Source: Yuukianura sp. NJ FZ-2021
Taxonomy: Eukaryota
Direction of reading: 5' to 3'
NCBI GenBank assembly: GCA_046563655.1
Contig: CM102289.1
Location: 7,936,001 to 8,000,000, forward strand
Length of the DNA stretch: 64,000 nucleotides
The notes under the pieces were generated by a model. It ran no database searches, was not told where the DNA came from, and saw nothing but the letters and a program-made list of their open reading frames with translations. Both the position numbers and the translations under genes were made by a program. Shown one piece after another: positions 62,970 through 64,000 of this stretch (the stretch's first letter is position 1; each line of letters starts with the position of its first letter).

Positions 62970-63981
62970 TTAATAATAACCACCGTAGTTACTGTAAGTT
63001 GGCCCAGCGTAACCGTAGCCACGCCCCTTCCCAGCTCCTCCAATGGCTCCACGTCGATAAAGTCCGCCACCGTATCCACCACCATAACCACCATGACCAC
63101 CACCGTAACCGCCATGACCACCGCCATAGCCACCATGACCACCACCAAACGGTTTTCCGTGGCCGTGGCCACCGTGGCCACCGTAACGTTGCGCATGTCC
63201 GTACTGTGGTCTCCATCCTTGCTGTCTCCAGCCACCGCCATGTCCATGGTTTCCGTGGTGGCTACCGTGTCCGTGCCCTTGATTTCGCTTAAAATGGTTT
63301 CCAAGTTTCCCACAGGCTCCGCTTACGTAATGCTCATGTTCAAGTCCTGGTCCTGGAGGGGCACCTAGACCGTGAAAAATCAAAAATTTGAACTGAATTT
63401 CAAAATTTCGATTATTTTTTTTGAAACTTACCGAAAGTTCCCGAGTGGCAACCTTTGTGGTCCCGGTAGTACCACCATCCGCCTTGACCCCAGCCACCAT
63501 AGCCTTTCTTTTTGCCGCGACCTTGTCTAGTGTAAGTGACATAGAGTTGTACTGGCTTAGCCTTTACTTGATACTCTTCATCTTCGTAACTCGACACAGC
63601 ATCAGCATAGTTGTCGTAACCTTGGATACTGGCGTGGGAACTCGGGTAAACTGGCACAGGATGATGGAGATCTTCGTAGTTTCTATGTGAATACTGTCCA
63701 TCAGTGACTACCGCAAGAACGCCAATCAACAGCACAGAACCCTAAGATGAAATTTCGAAAACACAATTTTTAAAAACTTTATTCAAAATATGTTTAAAAA
63801 AAACAAGTGTAGTTGGGTAAAATTTCAATTTGGTTGAAGAATTTGGCAAAGGTCATTGACCTCTTCGTTTTCCCTACGGCGAGTAACGCGTTTTATGTGT
63901 TGGCCGTAAATTTTTTACTAAAAAATTTTGGAATTGCTAATTTTATAGGTTTGAACTTGAACTTACCAGAAATACTTGCAT
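62970..63981 (-). CDS. Secreted Gly/His/Tyr-rich protein (cuticular-protein-like or Gly-rich antimicrobial precursor), ~239 aa
   Basis: Exons 63981-63967 (MQVFL|gtaagt), 63741-63432 and 63364-62970 join in frame (720 nt). Signal peptide MQVFLGSVLLIGVLAVVTDG, an acidic segment, basic RQGRGKKK, two Cys, then GHGHG and (GGYGGGH)n repeats. Confidence 0.85.
63850..63862. promoter_or_regulatory. Perfect IR1 palindrome (EcRE-type) in the intron after the ATG exon of the Gly/His-rich gene
   Basis: AGGTCA-T-TGACCT. Confidence 0.55.
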
Positions 63982-64000
63982 GTTGACTGAGCTCTGAAAG

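Noticed and set aside
62903..63690. Thr-rich, Val-rich and His-rich alternative ORFs
   Set aside because: Other frames and antisense of the Gly-rich gene, whose splice-consistent frame is clear.

Overview
AT-rich eukaryotic genomic DNA with spliced genes. It is arthropod-like by inference (Fur2-type furin, TCAGTY initiator-like motifs, ecdysone-type response elements, scattered TTAGG). Five protein-coding genes were assembled by hand, all on the minus strand with phase-consistent GT-AG exons: the 5' part of a furin-like convertase (running off the left edge), two old tandem paralogues of a two-PDZ scaffold (arc/PDZD2-like, ~1306 and ~912 aa), a divergent prolyl 4-hydroxylase alpha subunit between them, and a secreted Gly/His/Tyr-rich protein. 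Repeats include a 131-bp minisatellite, three TA-flanked CCGTA MITEs, a DINE-1/Helentron-like element, and a 1.4-kb hAT/P-type non-autonomous element with a perfect 8-bp TSD. The most unusual signal lies inside that 1.4-kb element. It holds three copies of an invariant TGTCAGTGC...TGTCAGCGC motif set in stems whose sequence changes while base-pairing is kept. Two copies face one way and one the other, around convergent AATAAA signals, suggesting an undescribed structured RNA or ssDNA element carried by a transposon. Three perfect AGGTCAnTGACCT palindromes and a DR1 cluster suggest nuclear-receptor (ecdysone) control of the region.
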